A DNA stretch of 64,000 nt from Macrostomum hystrix (lineage: Eukaryota > Animalia > Platyhelminthes): positions 7,068,001 to 7,132,000 of the forward strand of contig CATNEN010000003.1 in assembly GCA_950097015.1 (NCBI GenBank), in the 5' to 3' direction. The notes beneath the pieces were generated by a model. That model saw nothing but the letters and a program-made list of their open reading frames with translations. It did no database searches and was not told where the DNA came from. The translations under genes were made by a program, and so were the position numbers. This document shows positions 23,701 to 38,700 of the stretch, one piece after another; position 1 is the stretch's first letter; the number at the start of each line of letters is the position of its first letter.

Positions 23701-26700
23701 CTCTCTATCTCTCTGTCTCTCTGTCTCTGTCTCTCTGTCTCTCTGTCTGTCTGTCTCTCTGTCTCTCTATCTCTCTGTCTCTCTGTCTCTCTATCTCTCT
23801 GTCTCTCTGTCTCTCTGTCTCTCTGTCTGTCTGTCTCTCTGTCTCTCTGTCTCTCTGTCTCTCTGTCTCTCTGTCTCTCTGTCTCTCTGTCTCTCTGTCT
23901 CTCTGTCTCTCTGTCTCTCTATCTCTCTGTCTCTCTGTCTCTCTATCTCTCTGTCTCTCTGTCTCTCTGTCTCTCTGTCTCTCTTTCTCTCTGTCTCTCT
24001 GTCTCTCTGTCTCTCTGTCTCTCTGTCTCTCTGTCTCTCTATCTCTCTGTCTCTCTGTCTCTCTGTCTCTCTGTCTCTCTATCTCTCTGTCTCTCTGTCT
24101 CTCTATCTCTCTGTCTCTCTGTCTCTCTGTCTCTCTGTCTCTCTTTCTCTCTGTCTCTCTGTCTCTCTGTCTCTCTGTCTCTCTGTCTCTTCGTCTCTCC
24201 ATCTATCTTTCTCTCTTTGCAGAATCTTTTCTCCTTGATTGGAAATCAATTTTTTCAGAGCTGCATATCGGATGGGTTTATAGTTTACTTATAGTGTAAC
24301 TTTTAGCACTCCTATGCATTTGATAAAATCAATAAATCAATAATATTTGTTCCGGCCACATGCTATCAGCTTGTTATTGAACATTTAAATAGCGACAAGA
24401 ATCCTCCAGACGAAATGATTGACTAGCTTGGGTCAATCAATGAATGGGCTGTATTTCGGTTACAAAGTAGCACATTTTAGTTTTTTCTTTGTTGCATTTT
24501 TAGAGCGAAGTCGAAACGGCGAAATTAGCGGATCGATCACCAAAGACATTGTTCGACAACTGAACGGCGCGAGAGATTTCACATTGCTGTTCACAGTGAA
24601 ACAGAACACTACCAATGTTGGAACCCTGGTCTCATTCGCTGGCGAAAGCGGCAGACGGTGAGGGAAAAGTGACCCTGTCTTCAAGGTCAGGAAGGGAATC
24701 CATCCTGTCTTCAAGGTCGGGAATCCACACTTTCTTCAAGGTCGGTAATCCACCGTGCCTTCAAGGTCGGGAAGGGAATCCACACTTTCTTCAAGGCCGG
24801 GAATCCACCCTGTCTTCAAAGCCGGGAATCCATCCTGTCTTCAAGGTCGGGAAGGGAATCCACACTTTCTTCAAGCCGGGAATCCACCCTGCCTTCAAGG
24901 CCGGGAATCCACCCTGCCTTCAAGGCCGGGAATCCACCCTGTCTTCAAGGTCGAGAGGAATCCACACTTTCTTCAAGGCCGGGAATCCACCCTATCTTCA
25001 AGGTCGGGAATCCACCGTGTCTCCAAGGTCGGGAAGGGAATTCACACTTTCTTCAAGGCCGGGAATCCACCCTGCCTTCAAGGCCGGGAATCCACCCTGT
25101 CTTCAAGGTCGGGAAGGGAATCCACACTTTCTTCAAGGCCGGGAATCCACCCTGTCTTCAAAGCCGGGAATCCACCCTGTCTTCAAGGTCGGGAAGGGAA
25201 TCCACACTTTCTTCAAGGCCGGGAATCCACCCTGCCTTCAAGGCCGGGAATCCACCCTGTCTTCAAGGTCGGGAAGGGAATCCACACTTTCTTCAAGGCC
25301 GGGAATCCACCCTATCTTCAAGGTCGGGAATCCACCGTGTCTCCCAGGTCGGGAAGGGAATTCACACTTTCTTCAAGGCCGGGAATCCACCCTGCCTTCA
25401 AGGCCGGGAATCCACCCTATCTTCAAGGTCGGGAATTCACCGTGTCTTTAAGGTCGGGAATTCACCGTGTCTTCAAGGCCGGGAATCCAACACTGTCTTC
25501 AAGGCCGGGAATCCACCCTATCTTCAAGGTCGGGAATCCACCGTGTCTTCAAGGCCGGGAATTCACCGTGTCTTCAAGGCCGGGAATCCAACACTGTCTT
25601 CAAGGCCGGGACTCCTCCCTGTCTTCAGGGTCGAAAATCTACCTTAATATCAGAGGTTGAAATAATCCAGTGTTTATGAGGAACTTTTCTTACTTTAGGG
25701 AAGAGTAAGTTCTACGAGTATCTAGGAAAGATTAATTTTCAATTTAGGAGAATTCAAGGTCGTGAATCCTAAGGGTTAGGCAAATTTAAACGATCGGAAA
25801 TCCTAAGGATGGGATATGCTAAGGATGGGGAATTCTAAGCATTGGAAGCCAGAAGACTGGGAAGTCTTAAAGATGGGAAATCCTAGGGGTAGGAAATCCT
25901 AAGGATTGAGAATCCTAATGAGGGGAAATCCCAAAGATGGGAAATCCCATGGATAGGAATCCCATAGATGGGAAATCCCATGGATAGGAATCCCATAGAT
26001 GGGAAATCCCAAGGCTGGAAAATCCCATGGATAGGAATCCCATAGATGGGAAATCCCATGATGGGAAATCCTAATGATGAAAAATCCTAAGGAATGGATA
26101 TCCAAAAGATGGCAAATGATCTTTGTTTACAAGTTCCTTCCTCACTGTTCCAGCCTGCTGGAGTTGCAGAGCGCCTGGCGGAAAGAGGAGCTTCGCCTGC
26201 ACTACGTAATGAGCCAGGCTGCCAACATGATCCACGTGGAGCGCTTGGCATATCAGCTAGCCGACAATCTGTGGCATCAGGTGGCTCTGACTGTCAGTGA
26301 CAGTCAGGTGGTGCTGCTCGTCGACTGTCAGAAAATCTACGACAGAGTTCTCTACAGGCCGATCAAGGAGGGTCTGTTCAGGCACAGCGCCACGCTTTGG
26401 CTGGGACAGCGAGGGCGTTGGAATTCTTACTTTGAGGTGACCGATCGCTTTTAGAATCTTAGCGTCTTTACTGAGGAAATCCCAGCTTCTTCTCTCTCGG
26501 AGAATCCCGGTGTTTTCTCTCTTAAGGGAAATCACAGTGTCTTTCTCTTTTGGGGAATCCCAGTGTCTTCTCTTTTGAGTTATCTCAGTGTCTTCTCCCG
26601 TAAGGGAATCCCGGTGCCGTCTCTCCATTGTGGAATCCTAGTTTCTTCTCTTTTGAGTTATGTCAGTGTCTTCTCCTGTAAGTGAAATCCCAGTGTCTTT

Positions 26701-29700
26701 CTCTTTAGGGGAATCCCAGTGTCCTCCCTCTCAGGGAAATCCTAGTGTCTTTCTCTTCTGGGGAATCCCAGTGTCCTCCCTCTCAAGGAAATCGCAGTGT
26801 CTTTTCTCTTGGGGAAACCCAGTTTCTACTTTCTCGGAGAATCCCAGTTTCTTCTCCTTTGAGTTATCTCAGTGTCTTCTCCCGTAAGGGAATCCCGGTG
26901 CCGTCTCTCCCTTGTGGAATCCCAGTGTTTCTCGCTTAAGGAAATCCCAGTGCCTTTTCTCTTAAGGGAATCCCAGTGTCTTCTCTCTTGGGGAATCCCA
27001 GTTTCTACTTTCTCGGGGAATCCCAGTTTCTTCTCTTTTGGGTTTAACTCAGTGTCTTCTCCTGTAAGTGAAATCCCAGTGTCTTTCTCTTTAGGGGAAT
27101 CCCAGTGTCCTCCCTCTCAGGGAAATCCCAGTGTCTTTCTCTTCTGGGGAATCCCAGTGTCCTCCCTCTCAAGGAAATCGCAGTTGTCTTTTCTCTTGGG
27201 GAATCCCAGTTTCTTCTCTCCCATTGGGGGAATCCCAGAGTATAATAGGAGTTTTCTCCAAATTTCTATTTCTAGGGTGAGATGCAGGAAGCCATGATTG
27301 TGGTTGGACAGCACGGTTCATTGGAACAATGTCCACACACTGAGTCGCGTAAGTTACATCCTAATTAAAAGTTGCTTAAAATAGTTCGAGACGTACTTAA
27401 TATTGTTTATTTTATCTTAACAAGCTTAGAGTGAATATTTTTTATAGTTGGACTAATTAATATAATGAAAACGTCAATCAAGTAGCCTATATTCAGAGCT
27501 GTATAAATAAATCATTAATAATTAGTGTTATATGTCTTATAATCGTATATGCTTTATGCTCTGTTATCAAACAGTACCATCTATAAGCGTGGAACCAAGC
27601 CAGTAATTGGGATTCTATTTATCTTCGTGGCATCAATACACTATACAGTTGTGGCATACCAGCTGCAACCATTACTATTCTAATATCTCGTAAATAACTT
27701 CCCACGCATTCAGACTTTGACTTTATGCTTTCCTAGAATTGTCTCGTTAATGAAAAACTGGCGTTAGAACTGAGAATGAGCAGATGGTTTGCATCCGCTA
27801 GATTGAATCTGTAACATGTTAGACAAGTCAAACTGTAACATGTTAGACAAGTCAAAACTGTAACATGTTAGACAAGTCGAAACTGTACAATGTTAGACAA
27901 GTCGAAACTGTACAATGGTAGACAAGTCAAACTGTAACATGTTAGACAAGTCAAACTGTAACATGTTAGACAAGTCAAAACTGTAACATGTTAGACAAGT
28001 CAAAACTGTAACATGTTAGACAAGTCAAACTGTAACATGTTAGACAAGTCAAAACTGTAACATGTTAGACAAGTCAAACTGTAACATGTTAGACAAGTCA
28101 AAACTGTAACATGTTAGACAAGTCAAACTGTAACATGTTAGACAAGTCAAAACTGTAACATGTTAGACAAGTCAAACTGTAACATGTTAGACAAGTCAAA
28201 ACTGTAACATGTTAGACAAGTCAAAACTGTAACATGTTAGACAAGTCAAAACTGTAACATGTTAGACAAGTCAAAACTGTAACATGTTAGACAAGTCAAA
28301 ACTGTAACATGTTAGACAAGTCGAAACTGTACAATGTTAGACAAGTCGAAACTGTACAATGGTAGACAAGTCAAACTGTAACATGTTAGACAAGTCAAAA
28401 CTGTAACATGTTAGACAAGTCAAAACTGTAACATGTTAGACAAGTCGAAACTGTAACATGTTAGACAAGTCAAAACTGTAACATGTTAGACAAGTCGAAA
28501 CTGTACAATGTTAGACAAGTCGAAACTGTACAATGGTAGACAAGTCAAACTGTAACATGTTAGACAAGTCAAACTGTAACATGTTAGACAAGTCAAAACT
28601 GTAACATGTTAGACAAGTCGAAACTGTAACATGTTAGACAAGTCAAAACTGTAACATGTTAGACAAGTCAAACTGTAACATGTTAGACAAGTCAAAACTG
28701 TAACATGTTAGACAAGTCAAACTGTAACATGTTAGACAAGTCAAAACTGTAACATGTTAGACTAGTTGAACCTGTAACACGTTACATAATACAGAACTGT
28801 AACATGTTAGACAAGTCAAAACGGTAAATTCAATTTGTCCGATTCCCGCTCTGCACTATCTGAATTTCAGTCTGTCCAACATGCGGACAACATAAGCTGT
28901 TAGCCCAGGCTGTGCTATTGTTACAATCCGAGATGCACAAAGTCAAGAAACAGGTTTGTATATGGAATTTTTCTGTTATTTTCTATGCCTATAAGTTTAA
29001 ATAAGATTTGAAGCAGGACTATGCGAAATCATATGGGATCAGATGGGATCAGATGGGATCAGATGGGATCATGGGATCAGATGTGAACAGATGGGATCAG
29101 ATGGGATCAGATGGGATCAGATGGGATTAGATGGGATCAGATGGGATCAGATGGGATCAGATGGGGTCAGATGGGATCAGATGGGATCAGATGGGGCCAG
29201 ATAGGATCAGATGGGATCAGATGGGATCAGATGGGATCAGATGGGGTCAGATGGGATCAGATGGGGTCAGATGGGATCAGATGGGATCAGATGGGATCAG
29301 ATGGGATTAGATGGGATCAAAAAGGATCAGATAGGATCAGAAGGGGTCAGATGGGATCAGATGGGGTCAGATGGGATCAGATGGGATCAGATGGGATCAG
29401 ATGGGGTCAGATGGGATCAGATGGGATCAGATGGGATCAGATGGGGTCAGATGGGATCAGATGGGTTCAGATGGGATTAGATGGGATCAGATGGGATTAG
29501 ATGGGATCAAAAAGGATCAGATAGGATCAGAAGGGGTCAGATGGGATCAGATGGGATCAGATGGGGCCAGATAGGATCAGATGGGACCAGATGGGATCAG
29601 ATGGGATCAGATGGGGTCAGATGGGATCAGATGGGGTCAGATGGGATCAGATGGGATCAGATGGGATCAGATGGGATCAGATGGGATTAGATGGGATCAA

Positions 29701-32700
29701 AAAGGATCAGATAGGACCAGAAGGGGTCAGATGGGATCAGATGGGGTCAGATGGGATCAGATGGGATCAGATGGGATCAGATGGGATCAGATGGGATCAG
29801 ATGGGATCAGATGGGATCAGAAGGGGTCAGATGGGATCAGATGGGATCAGATGGGATCAGATGGGCTCAGATGGGATCAGGTTGGATCATATACTATCAA
29901 GAGACAAAAAAAAATTTTCTTAGAAGAAACACCGAAATCTTTTCCTTACTTTTTTCCCTAAATTTGAAATTTTATCCCTCACGTTTTTTTTCGTCCCATT
30001 CGGCGAAAATCCCTTAGGAATATGATGAACGGCGTCTAAAGCTATTTCTGTTCGTCAAGAAAGTTTCTGATTTTTTAAGAAATGGATGGTTTGGTAGTCG
30101 GTTTTGAATTGGGATTTAGGCCTTCACTGGAACGGTATGAAATTTTAGAATAAAATTTAATATTGCTTGAGGATTTAAAAAGCTAGACAACCGTGCACGA
30201 AAACTCGAAAGCAAATCTAATTTATTTTTCGTGACGGACCCAAAAAAACGACTGATATTTGAAACTGAAATATAAGTTGTTTCGAAAAATTCCAGACATG
30301 GCGGTTGAGACAAGGGATATGGGAAGGAAAATGTACTCGCTTCTTTTTTTAGTATGCCTAGAAATAGATAAGTGCACTGGAAAATAAAATGATTATATAC
30401 AATCAAATGGGGATAAGAGAAGATCGGATGGGATCAGATGGGATCAGAGAGGATCAGATGGGATCAGAGAGGATCAGATGGGATCAGATGGGATCAGATG
30501 AGTTCAGAGAGGATTAGATGGGATCAGAGAGGATCAGATGGGATCAGAGAGGATCAGATGGGATCAGATGGGATCAGATGAGTTCAGAGAGGATTAGATG
30601 GGATCAGAGAGGATCAGATGGGATCAGATGGGATCAGATAGGATCAGATGAGTTCAGAGAGGATTAGAGAGGATCAGATGGGATCAGAGAGGATCAGATG
30701 GGATCAGAGAGGATCAGATGGGATCAGAGAGGATCAGATGGGATCAGATGGGATCAGAGAGGATCAGATGGGATCGGAGAGGATCAGATAGGATCAGATG
30801 GGATCAGATGAGTTCAGAGAGGATTAGATGGGATCAGAGAGGATCAGAGAGGATCAGATGGGTTCAGAGAGGATCAGATGGGATCAGAGAGGATCAGATG
30901 GGATCAGATGGGATCAGAGAGGATCAGAGATGATCAGAGAGGATCAGATGGGATCAGAGAGGATCAGATGGGATCAGAGAGGATCAGATGGGATCAGATG
31001 GGATCAGATGGGATCAGATGGGATCAGATGGGATCAGAGAGGATCAGATGGGATCAGAGAGGATCAGAGAGGATCAGATGGGATCAGATGAGTTCAGAGA
31101 GGATTAGATGGGATCAGAGAGGATCAGAGAGGATCATAAGGGTTCAGAGAGGATCAGATGGGATCAGAGAGGATCAGATGGGATCAGAGAGGATCAGTGA
31201 GGATCAGATAGGATCGGAGAGGATCAGAGAGGATCGGATGGGATCAGATCTCAACGATGGCAATATCAGACGAGGTTTTATCAGTTATAGGATCAGAGAG
31301 TGTCATGTAAAATCAAATAGGATCTAGCAATTGTGTGTAGACCCGGCTAAAAGAAAGTACATTTCCAGCGATTCCATTGAAAATTTAGCTTGAAACGGCG
31401 GAGCAAAAGCTGGAGCGCCTGGCCCAGTGCGACTGCATCATTCGTTGTTCGCACAATGGCACCTTCTACGAGGACGGACAAACTTGGGACGTTGGCAATT
31501 GTCGCGAATGCAGGTGCCAGGTAAGAACGGGTGGGAACACAGCAGTTTTTTTTCTCTACATTGGGAATTTTTCATTTTCGCGACAGAAAAAAAGTGGGGG
31601 TGAATTTGAAGGACAAGAAGACGACCTTGAACAGCTGTTCTACACCTGTTGTTTTAAATGAAGGATTTTTTTAGGCTTGTGTTAGGGAAATTTTTAAGTT
31701 GCCCAACTTTATTTTCTCTCTTCAACACTGTTTAAAGGAGAAATTTAATGGAATTTTAATAAACTCAAAATCAATTTTTCTAGGCAAAAGTTTTGTTTAG
31801 GTCAAATTGAACTCCATTGTTCGCTCGTATATTGGATTCATAATGCCAAAAATCACGCATTTTTCGTCCAATTTGAGTAAATTTCAAGTGCGAATTGAAA
31901 ATTTGGACGTCAGCATCGAAGACTACTTGTCGAAGACCCATGGTGACAAGGACAACTAACATTGCTCAACTAACAAACCTCTTAGCCGAGTCCATATTTG
32001 TTTAAAAAAACTAAAAAATTTACGATTTGATCGTCAACAATTTTGTGATTCTCGAAGTTATTTCATCGGAGAGAGTGGAAAATTGTAGTCTGTGTTCTGA
32101 AATTTCATGCCGATTGATTTAATATTTTGGGAGATACAGAAAAATACTACTGTCTTTGACTTACTTGACTTATCTGCAGGGCGGTCCGACGGACGCAGCG
32201 GGGAGGCGGGAGTCGCCCATTCCGCTAATCCCTGAAAGACCCGCCATCGGCCGATGGCGCGGGGCCAGTCAGGGAGGTCCGTGTTCGGTCCTTCCTGCAG
32301 CTTGTTCCTCGCTGGGGAAGAAAGAGGCTCGGTGTGATCCGGGGGGTCTGTCCCTGCTGGCACGCTGGGGAAAAAGGCTGTGAGTATAGTGTCGAGCGTT
32401 TCCCCAGGGTTCTCGGTGGGTCGGCCATCGGCCTTCCTCACCGTCGAAAGCTTGGACATTTTGTCCAGCGTGAGGGCTTTGACAATTCTGGAGGTGGGGC
32501 GAGTGCCCTCAAGCTCCTCACAGTATTGCCGCCACTTGCTGTTTTTGGCGTTTCTGACTTCCTTCTTGAAGCTATGGATGGCTTCGAGATACGCAGCCTG
32601 ATCAGCCGGGTTTTTTGTCTTCGTGGCCCTGCGGTGCAGCCGCTTCGCCGTTCGACGGAGCTCGCCGAGCTGCGGATTCCACCATGGGGCCGAAGTTTTG

Positions 32701-35700
32701 CCTCTGTAAGCTTTGAGGGGGCAGGAGGCCTCGAAGGCGGTGGTCAGCGAGTTGGTGAGAAACTCAGCTAGCTCATCCGCTTCATCGCAGGTGTTGGCGG
32801 GGGGGCTGAGGTTCCGTTGGGTTCCTTCGAGGTTACACCTGAAGGCTTCCCAATCGGTATTCCTAGCGTTCCTTTTCCAAGTGATCTGGTTAGTGCAGCG
32901 TGCACCCGCCAGTTGGAAAGAGATGTATTTGTGATCGGAGAGGGAGGTCTCCGGCAGAACCTGCCACTCCCTAAGGATCTGGTAGAGCCCAGGTGTGGCT
33001 AGAGTGGCGTCGATGACCTCAGACCACCGTCCATTGTCAAATGTCGGGGTGCTCCCTGTGTTGCAGAACTCCAGAGGCGTGGTTAGGATGTTGGCAAGGA
33101 GGTCCTCGCCTCTCGAGTTAATGTCAGAGCTCCCCCAGTGGGTGTGGTGGGCGTTTATATCGCCAGCCACCATGAGCTCATAGTTTTTGGTAGCGCAGGT
33201 TTCAGTCAGAGAGATCAGCTCCTCAGGGACTGCCGGCCTGTCGCCCGGTAAATAAACCGAGGCGATTAAGACGGTTTTTCCTGGGAGGATGCTCTCCGTC
33301 TGGATGACACAGGTGTCCCGATCAGAAAGGTCGGGTCTGTACCAGGCGTTGAGGGAGTCTCTCACGAGGATGCACGCCCTGGGATTTTGGTTCTCCCGGT
33401 GACGGCTGTTGTAGAAGCAGTGATACCCATTGGGTACATTTTGAGGCTTACCTTTATGAGTCCACGGCTCCTGGACGAGGATGAGACCCGGCGTGTTGAG
33501 CTCGACATAGCGCATCAGATATGCGCTATAATACTACTGTCATTTTACTGTTAAAACTAGATTTTAGATAAAAGTGCATGTAAAATAAAGTGCATTTCTA
33601 AAAGTGCAGATCTAAAAGTACATCCGAAGTGTCACAGGGAGGGAGTCAGCTAACAGCTACAACTGTTCAGTACACAAATTTTCTACCTAAGCGAGTTCTA
33701 GCACTTATTTAACAGTTATACACTTACGGATAATATTCCAAATACCCACATTTTATCACCCAGAGTGACTGGCAGAGCGGTTAACGCGTTTGCCTCACGC
33801 ACCAAGGTCCCTGATATCGATTCCGCGGCGAGGCCACATTTATTTGGGGCGCAGCCGCGGAGAGAAGTCTTGGGGGCTTGTCGTGCAATTTACGCCCTTG
33901 AGGGCCAACCTCCAAGGCACAGTGAGAGTGTACACTGCCTGACGATGAGAAAGTCAGGGCAGATGTACACACCTGTGTGAGCGTGTGCCTGCGTACAGTA
34001 TCTGTGTGCGTGTGTGCTCAGGAGTCAGCGAAATGTGCAGAATTGCCTCCTCGTTGGCTGCGGGTCTAGTGTAAATAACTAAATAATGTGCCATTGCCCA
34101 CAGCCCTCCTGCAATTAATATTATTAATATTGTTATCATGTAGGCTATTATTCTTGATTAATAAAACATATTTTTTATTTAGCAAATTTGGGTTTGTCAT
34201 AGACGTTTGTACAGATCAATGTTTGCTGTCCTCGTCGACAGGGTATCCGACAAGAATCTCGACGATGCTGACATCGGACTGTTTTGAAAGTTAGTTCATC
34301 GTTGATATGGCGGAAAATGTTGATCCAAATGGTGGACATTCACGAAAATCGGTCATTCAATTTGGGAAATAGCCTCACGCGGCCTGACTGTTTTATGAAC
34401 CGAAAGTGAAAATTTGAAAACAATCCGCAGAGAGGCCGCGTTTCATGCGGACCAAGGCCCTGCCCGCCTGTGGCATGCGCCTTCCCAGTTCGCATGAAGG
34501 GCTCCTGTTGCCCCACCTGCCTGCGATCCTGCGACCTGCACGGCATTGTGGGCGGCGGCAACTCGGCAGCCAGCACTAGGGGAGCATTTGAACACGGCAT
34601 GAACATTACTAGCCTGTCCGAGATTGATTCGGCAAATAATCGAATCTGCGTTCACTGCCAATGCAAGGTAAACTGTTCATGCGATGATTTAGTGCGTAAT
34701 CTTTCGCCTCTGCCTGTCTCTGCTCTCGTGTCACCTCTGCACCGTCTAATCACTCTCACCTCTCACCTCTCTCTCTTGTATCATCTCTCTCCCGTGTCTC
34801 ATTTCTCTCCCGTGTCTCATCTCACCCTTATCTTATCTCTCCCCTGTCTTTTCTCTCCCCTGTCTTATCTCTCACCTGTCTTATTTCTCCCCTGTCTTAT
34901 CTCTCACCTGTCTTATCTCTCACCTGTCTTATCTCTCACCTGTCTTATCTCTCACCTGTCTTATCTCTCCCTTGTCTTATCTCTCCACTGTCTCATCTCT
35001 CCACTGTCTTATCTCTCCACTGTCTCATCTCTCCACTGTCTTATCTCTCCCCTGTCTTATCTCTCTCCTGTCTTATCTCTCCCCTGTCTTATCTCTCCCC
35101 TGTCTTATCTCTCACCTGTCTTATCTCTCACCTGTCTTATCTCTCACCTGTCTCATATCTCTCCCCTGTCTCTTATCTCTCCACTGTCTTATCTCTCCAC
35201 TGTCTTATCTCTCCACTGTCTTATCTCTCCACTGTCTTATCTCTCCCCTGTCTTATCTCTACCCTGTATTATCTCTCCCTGTCTTATTTCTCACCTGTCT
35301 TATCTCTCCCTGTCTTATTTCTCCCCTGTCTTATCTCTCCCCTGTCTTATCTCTCCACTGTCTTATCTCTCACCTGTCTTATCTCTCCACTGTCTTATCT
35401 CTCCACTGTCTTATCTCTCCCTGTCTTATTTCTCCCCTGTCTTATCTCTCCCATGTCTTATTTCTCCCCTGTCTTATCTCTCCCCTGTCTTATCTCTCCA
35501 CTGTCTTATCTCTCCACTGTCTTATCTCTCCACTGTCTTATCTCTACACTGTCTTATTTCTCCCCTGTCTTATCTCTCCCCTGTCTTATCTCTCCACTGT
35601 CTTATCTCTCACCTGTCTTATCTCTCCACTGTCTTATCTCTCCCTTGTCTTATTTCTCCCTTGTCTTATCTCTCCCCTGTCTTATCTCTCCCCTGTCTTA

Positions 35701-38700
35701 TCTCTCTCCTGTCTTATCTCTCCCCTGTCTTATCTCTCCCCTGTCTTATCTCTCACCTGTCTTATCTCTCACCTGTCTTATCTCTCACCTGTCTTATCTC
35801 TCACCTGTCTTATCTCTCCCTTGTCTTATCTCTCCACTGTCTCATCTCTCCACTGTCTCATCTCTCCACTGTCTCATCTCTCCCCTGTCTCTTATCTCTC
35901 CACTGTCTTATCTCTCCACTGTCTTATCTCTCCCCTGTCTTATCTCTCCCCTGTCTTATCTCTCACCTGTCTTATCTCTCACCTGTCTTATCTCTCCCTT
36001 GTCTTATCTCTCCCCTGTCTCATCTCTCCCCTGTCTCATCTCTCCCCTGTCTCATCTCTCCCCTGTCTCATCTCTCCCCTGTCTTATCTCTCCCTTGTCT
36101 TATCTCTCCCCTGTCTCATCTCTCCCTTGTCTTATCTCTCCACTGTCTTATCTCTACACTGTTTTATTTCTACCCGGTCTTATCTCTCCCGTGAAAATCC
36201 TCTCGTATATTAGATTGTCTTAAATGCACGTGATATATATTTAAAAAGATCAGAACCCCGTCTTCAAGGACAGAAAGTCTCGACATTCTATATTGTCAGC
36301 CACTTGATCAGCAGCAGATGCTGTTAACAACGTCTAGGATAAATGTGCATCATACTCGTAGCTAATGGCCAATTGTAAACCCACTTGTCTCCTTGACAAG
36401 ACATTCGATGTCGTTCTTGAAAATAGGCCAATAAAGTTAAAAATTACTTTTGCTCTGCGACCGCTGCTAACATACAGCCAGACTGGCAGACAGACAGGTT
36501 CGTGTGGTCTGCTGCAGCGTTAGACTTTTGTACTTTCTATATATTTGTGTGTGTGTGTGCATTTCGCATTGGGGATAAGTTTTATGGTTTAAGTTAACTG
36601 GCTTTACTTCCTGATGGGATCGAGTTTCATATAATAGACTTGGTAACCCATCCGAGCGACTGAAGGCTTGACTCTATGTGCTCTGTATTACACCATGCCT
36701 TGTGACACCCAGTGTCATTCGAAATTGTTTTTACGCACTTACTTCATATCATTTTTCCACTAAATTACAAAGGCATTACTAATTGTATCCGTCATTCATT
36801 CATTCATTTTTACTCTCTCTGGCCTCATGTTATCTCATCTCATCCCATCCCATCTCATCTCATCCCATCTTATCTCATCCCATCTTATCTCATCCCATCT
36901 TATCTCATCCCATCTTATCTCATCCCATCTCATCCCATCCCATCTTATCTCATCCCATCTTATCTCATCCCATCTTATCTCATCCCATCTCATCCCATCC
37001 CATCTTATCTCATCCCATCTTTTCTCATCCCATCTTATCTCATCCCATCTTATCTCACATCTGATCTAATCCCTTCCATCTCACCTTATCACGTTCAATC
37101 TCATCTCGCTTCATCTCACCTTATCTCACCTCGTCTCATCCCATCTCATCTTATCTCATCCCACTTCATCTGATCTCACCTCACCTCATCTCATCTCATC
37201 TCATCTCATCTCATCTCATCCCATCTTATCTCATCCCATCTTATCTCATCCCATCTTATCTCATCTTATCTCATCCCATCTTATCTCATCCCATCTTATC
37301 TCATCCCATCTTATCTCATCCGATCTTATCTCATACCATCTCATCCCATCTTATCTCATCCAATCCCATCCCATCTTATCTCATCCCATCTTATCTCATC
37401 CCATCTTATCTCATGCCATCTTATCTCATCCCATCTCATCCCATCTTATCTCATCCCATCTTATCTCATCCCATCTTATCTCATCCCATCTTATCACATC
37501 CCATCTCATCCCATCTTATCTCATCCCATCTTATCTCATCCCATCTTATCTCATCCCATCTTATCTCATCCCATCTTATCTCATCCCATCTTATCTCATC
37601 CCATCTTATCTCATCCCATCTTATCTCATCCCATCTTATCTCATCCCATCTCATCCCATCTTATCTCATCCCATCTTATCTCATCCCATCTCATCCCATC
37701 TTATCTCATCCCATCTTATCTCATCCCATCTTATCTCATCCCATCTTATCTCATCCCATCTTATCTCATCCCATCTTATCTCATCCCATCTCATCCCATC
37801 TTATCTCATCCCATCTTATCTCATCCCATCTCATCCCATCCCATCTCATCTCATCCCATCTTATCTCATCCCATCTCATCCCATCTTATCTCATCCCATC
37901 TCATCCCATCTTATCTCATCCCATCTTATCTCATCCCATCTTATCTCATCCCATCTTATCTCATCCCATCTCATCCCATCTTATCTCATCCCATCTCATC
38001 TTATATCATCCTACTTCATCTGATCTCACCTCACCTCACCTCATCTCATCTCATCTCATCTCATCCTATCTAATCTCATCTCATCTCGTCTCATCTTGTC
38101 TCATCTTGTCTCATCTCATCTCATCTCATCTCATCCTATCTAATCTCATCTCATCTCGTCTCATCTTGTCTCATCTTGTCTCATCTCATCTCATATAATT
38201 TTATCTCATATAATTTCATTCTGTCTCATCTCATCCCATCTCCTGCTTTCTATAGTCATTCGTTTCTCCCACGCTTCTCAAATCTCTTCGACTGCTAGCT
38301 TCAACGAGCCGTGCTCTAGAATCCCATTCCCCTGATAAAAACTTTTCAGTTCTCCCAATCTGTCCTATCCTCACTCAAATTTCTTTGTTAGCTGCAGTAT
38401 GGACTCCAGCATACACAGCCGAGTACTTGGCAACCAATTTGGGTGTTTAGGTTTCTCTAGACTTCCATAGGATTGGAATTCATATTCCTAGAAACTATAT
38501 AAGCAATATAATTTGCACAATTTGCATAACTCATTATGCGGCACAGTTCCCGTGATATTGAAGATTAGCTCCCATCAGGACTCGACAATTTCCCCCCATG
38601 TCTCTCTGGTGCTAAAAAAACACTATATTCGGAATAACACAGTGTGCTCAATTTAACCTCTTCGCTTTTTTCCCAGACTCATTTGCCCCCCCACCCCCCT

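Noticed and set aside
23705-24202. 165-aa [11 protein letters not shown]
   Set aside because: Microsatellite translation.
34668-36194. 574-aa ORF extending NELL exon 8
   Set aside because: Strong AAG|GTAAAC donor at 34668; the remainder is 16-nt repeat translation.
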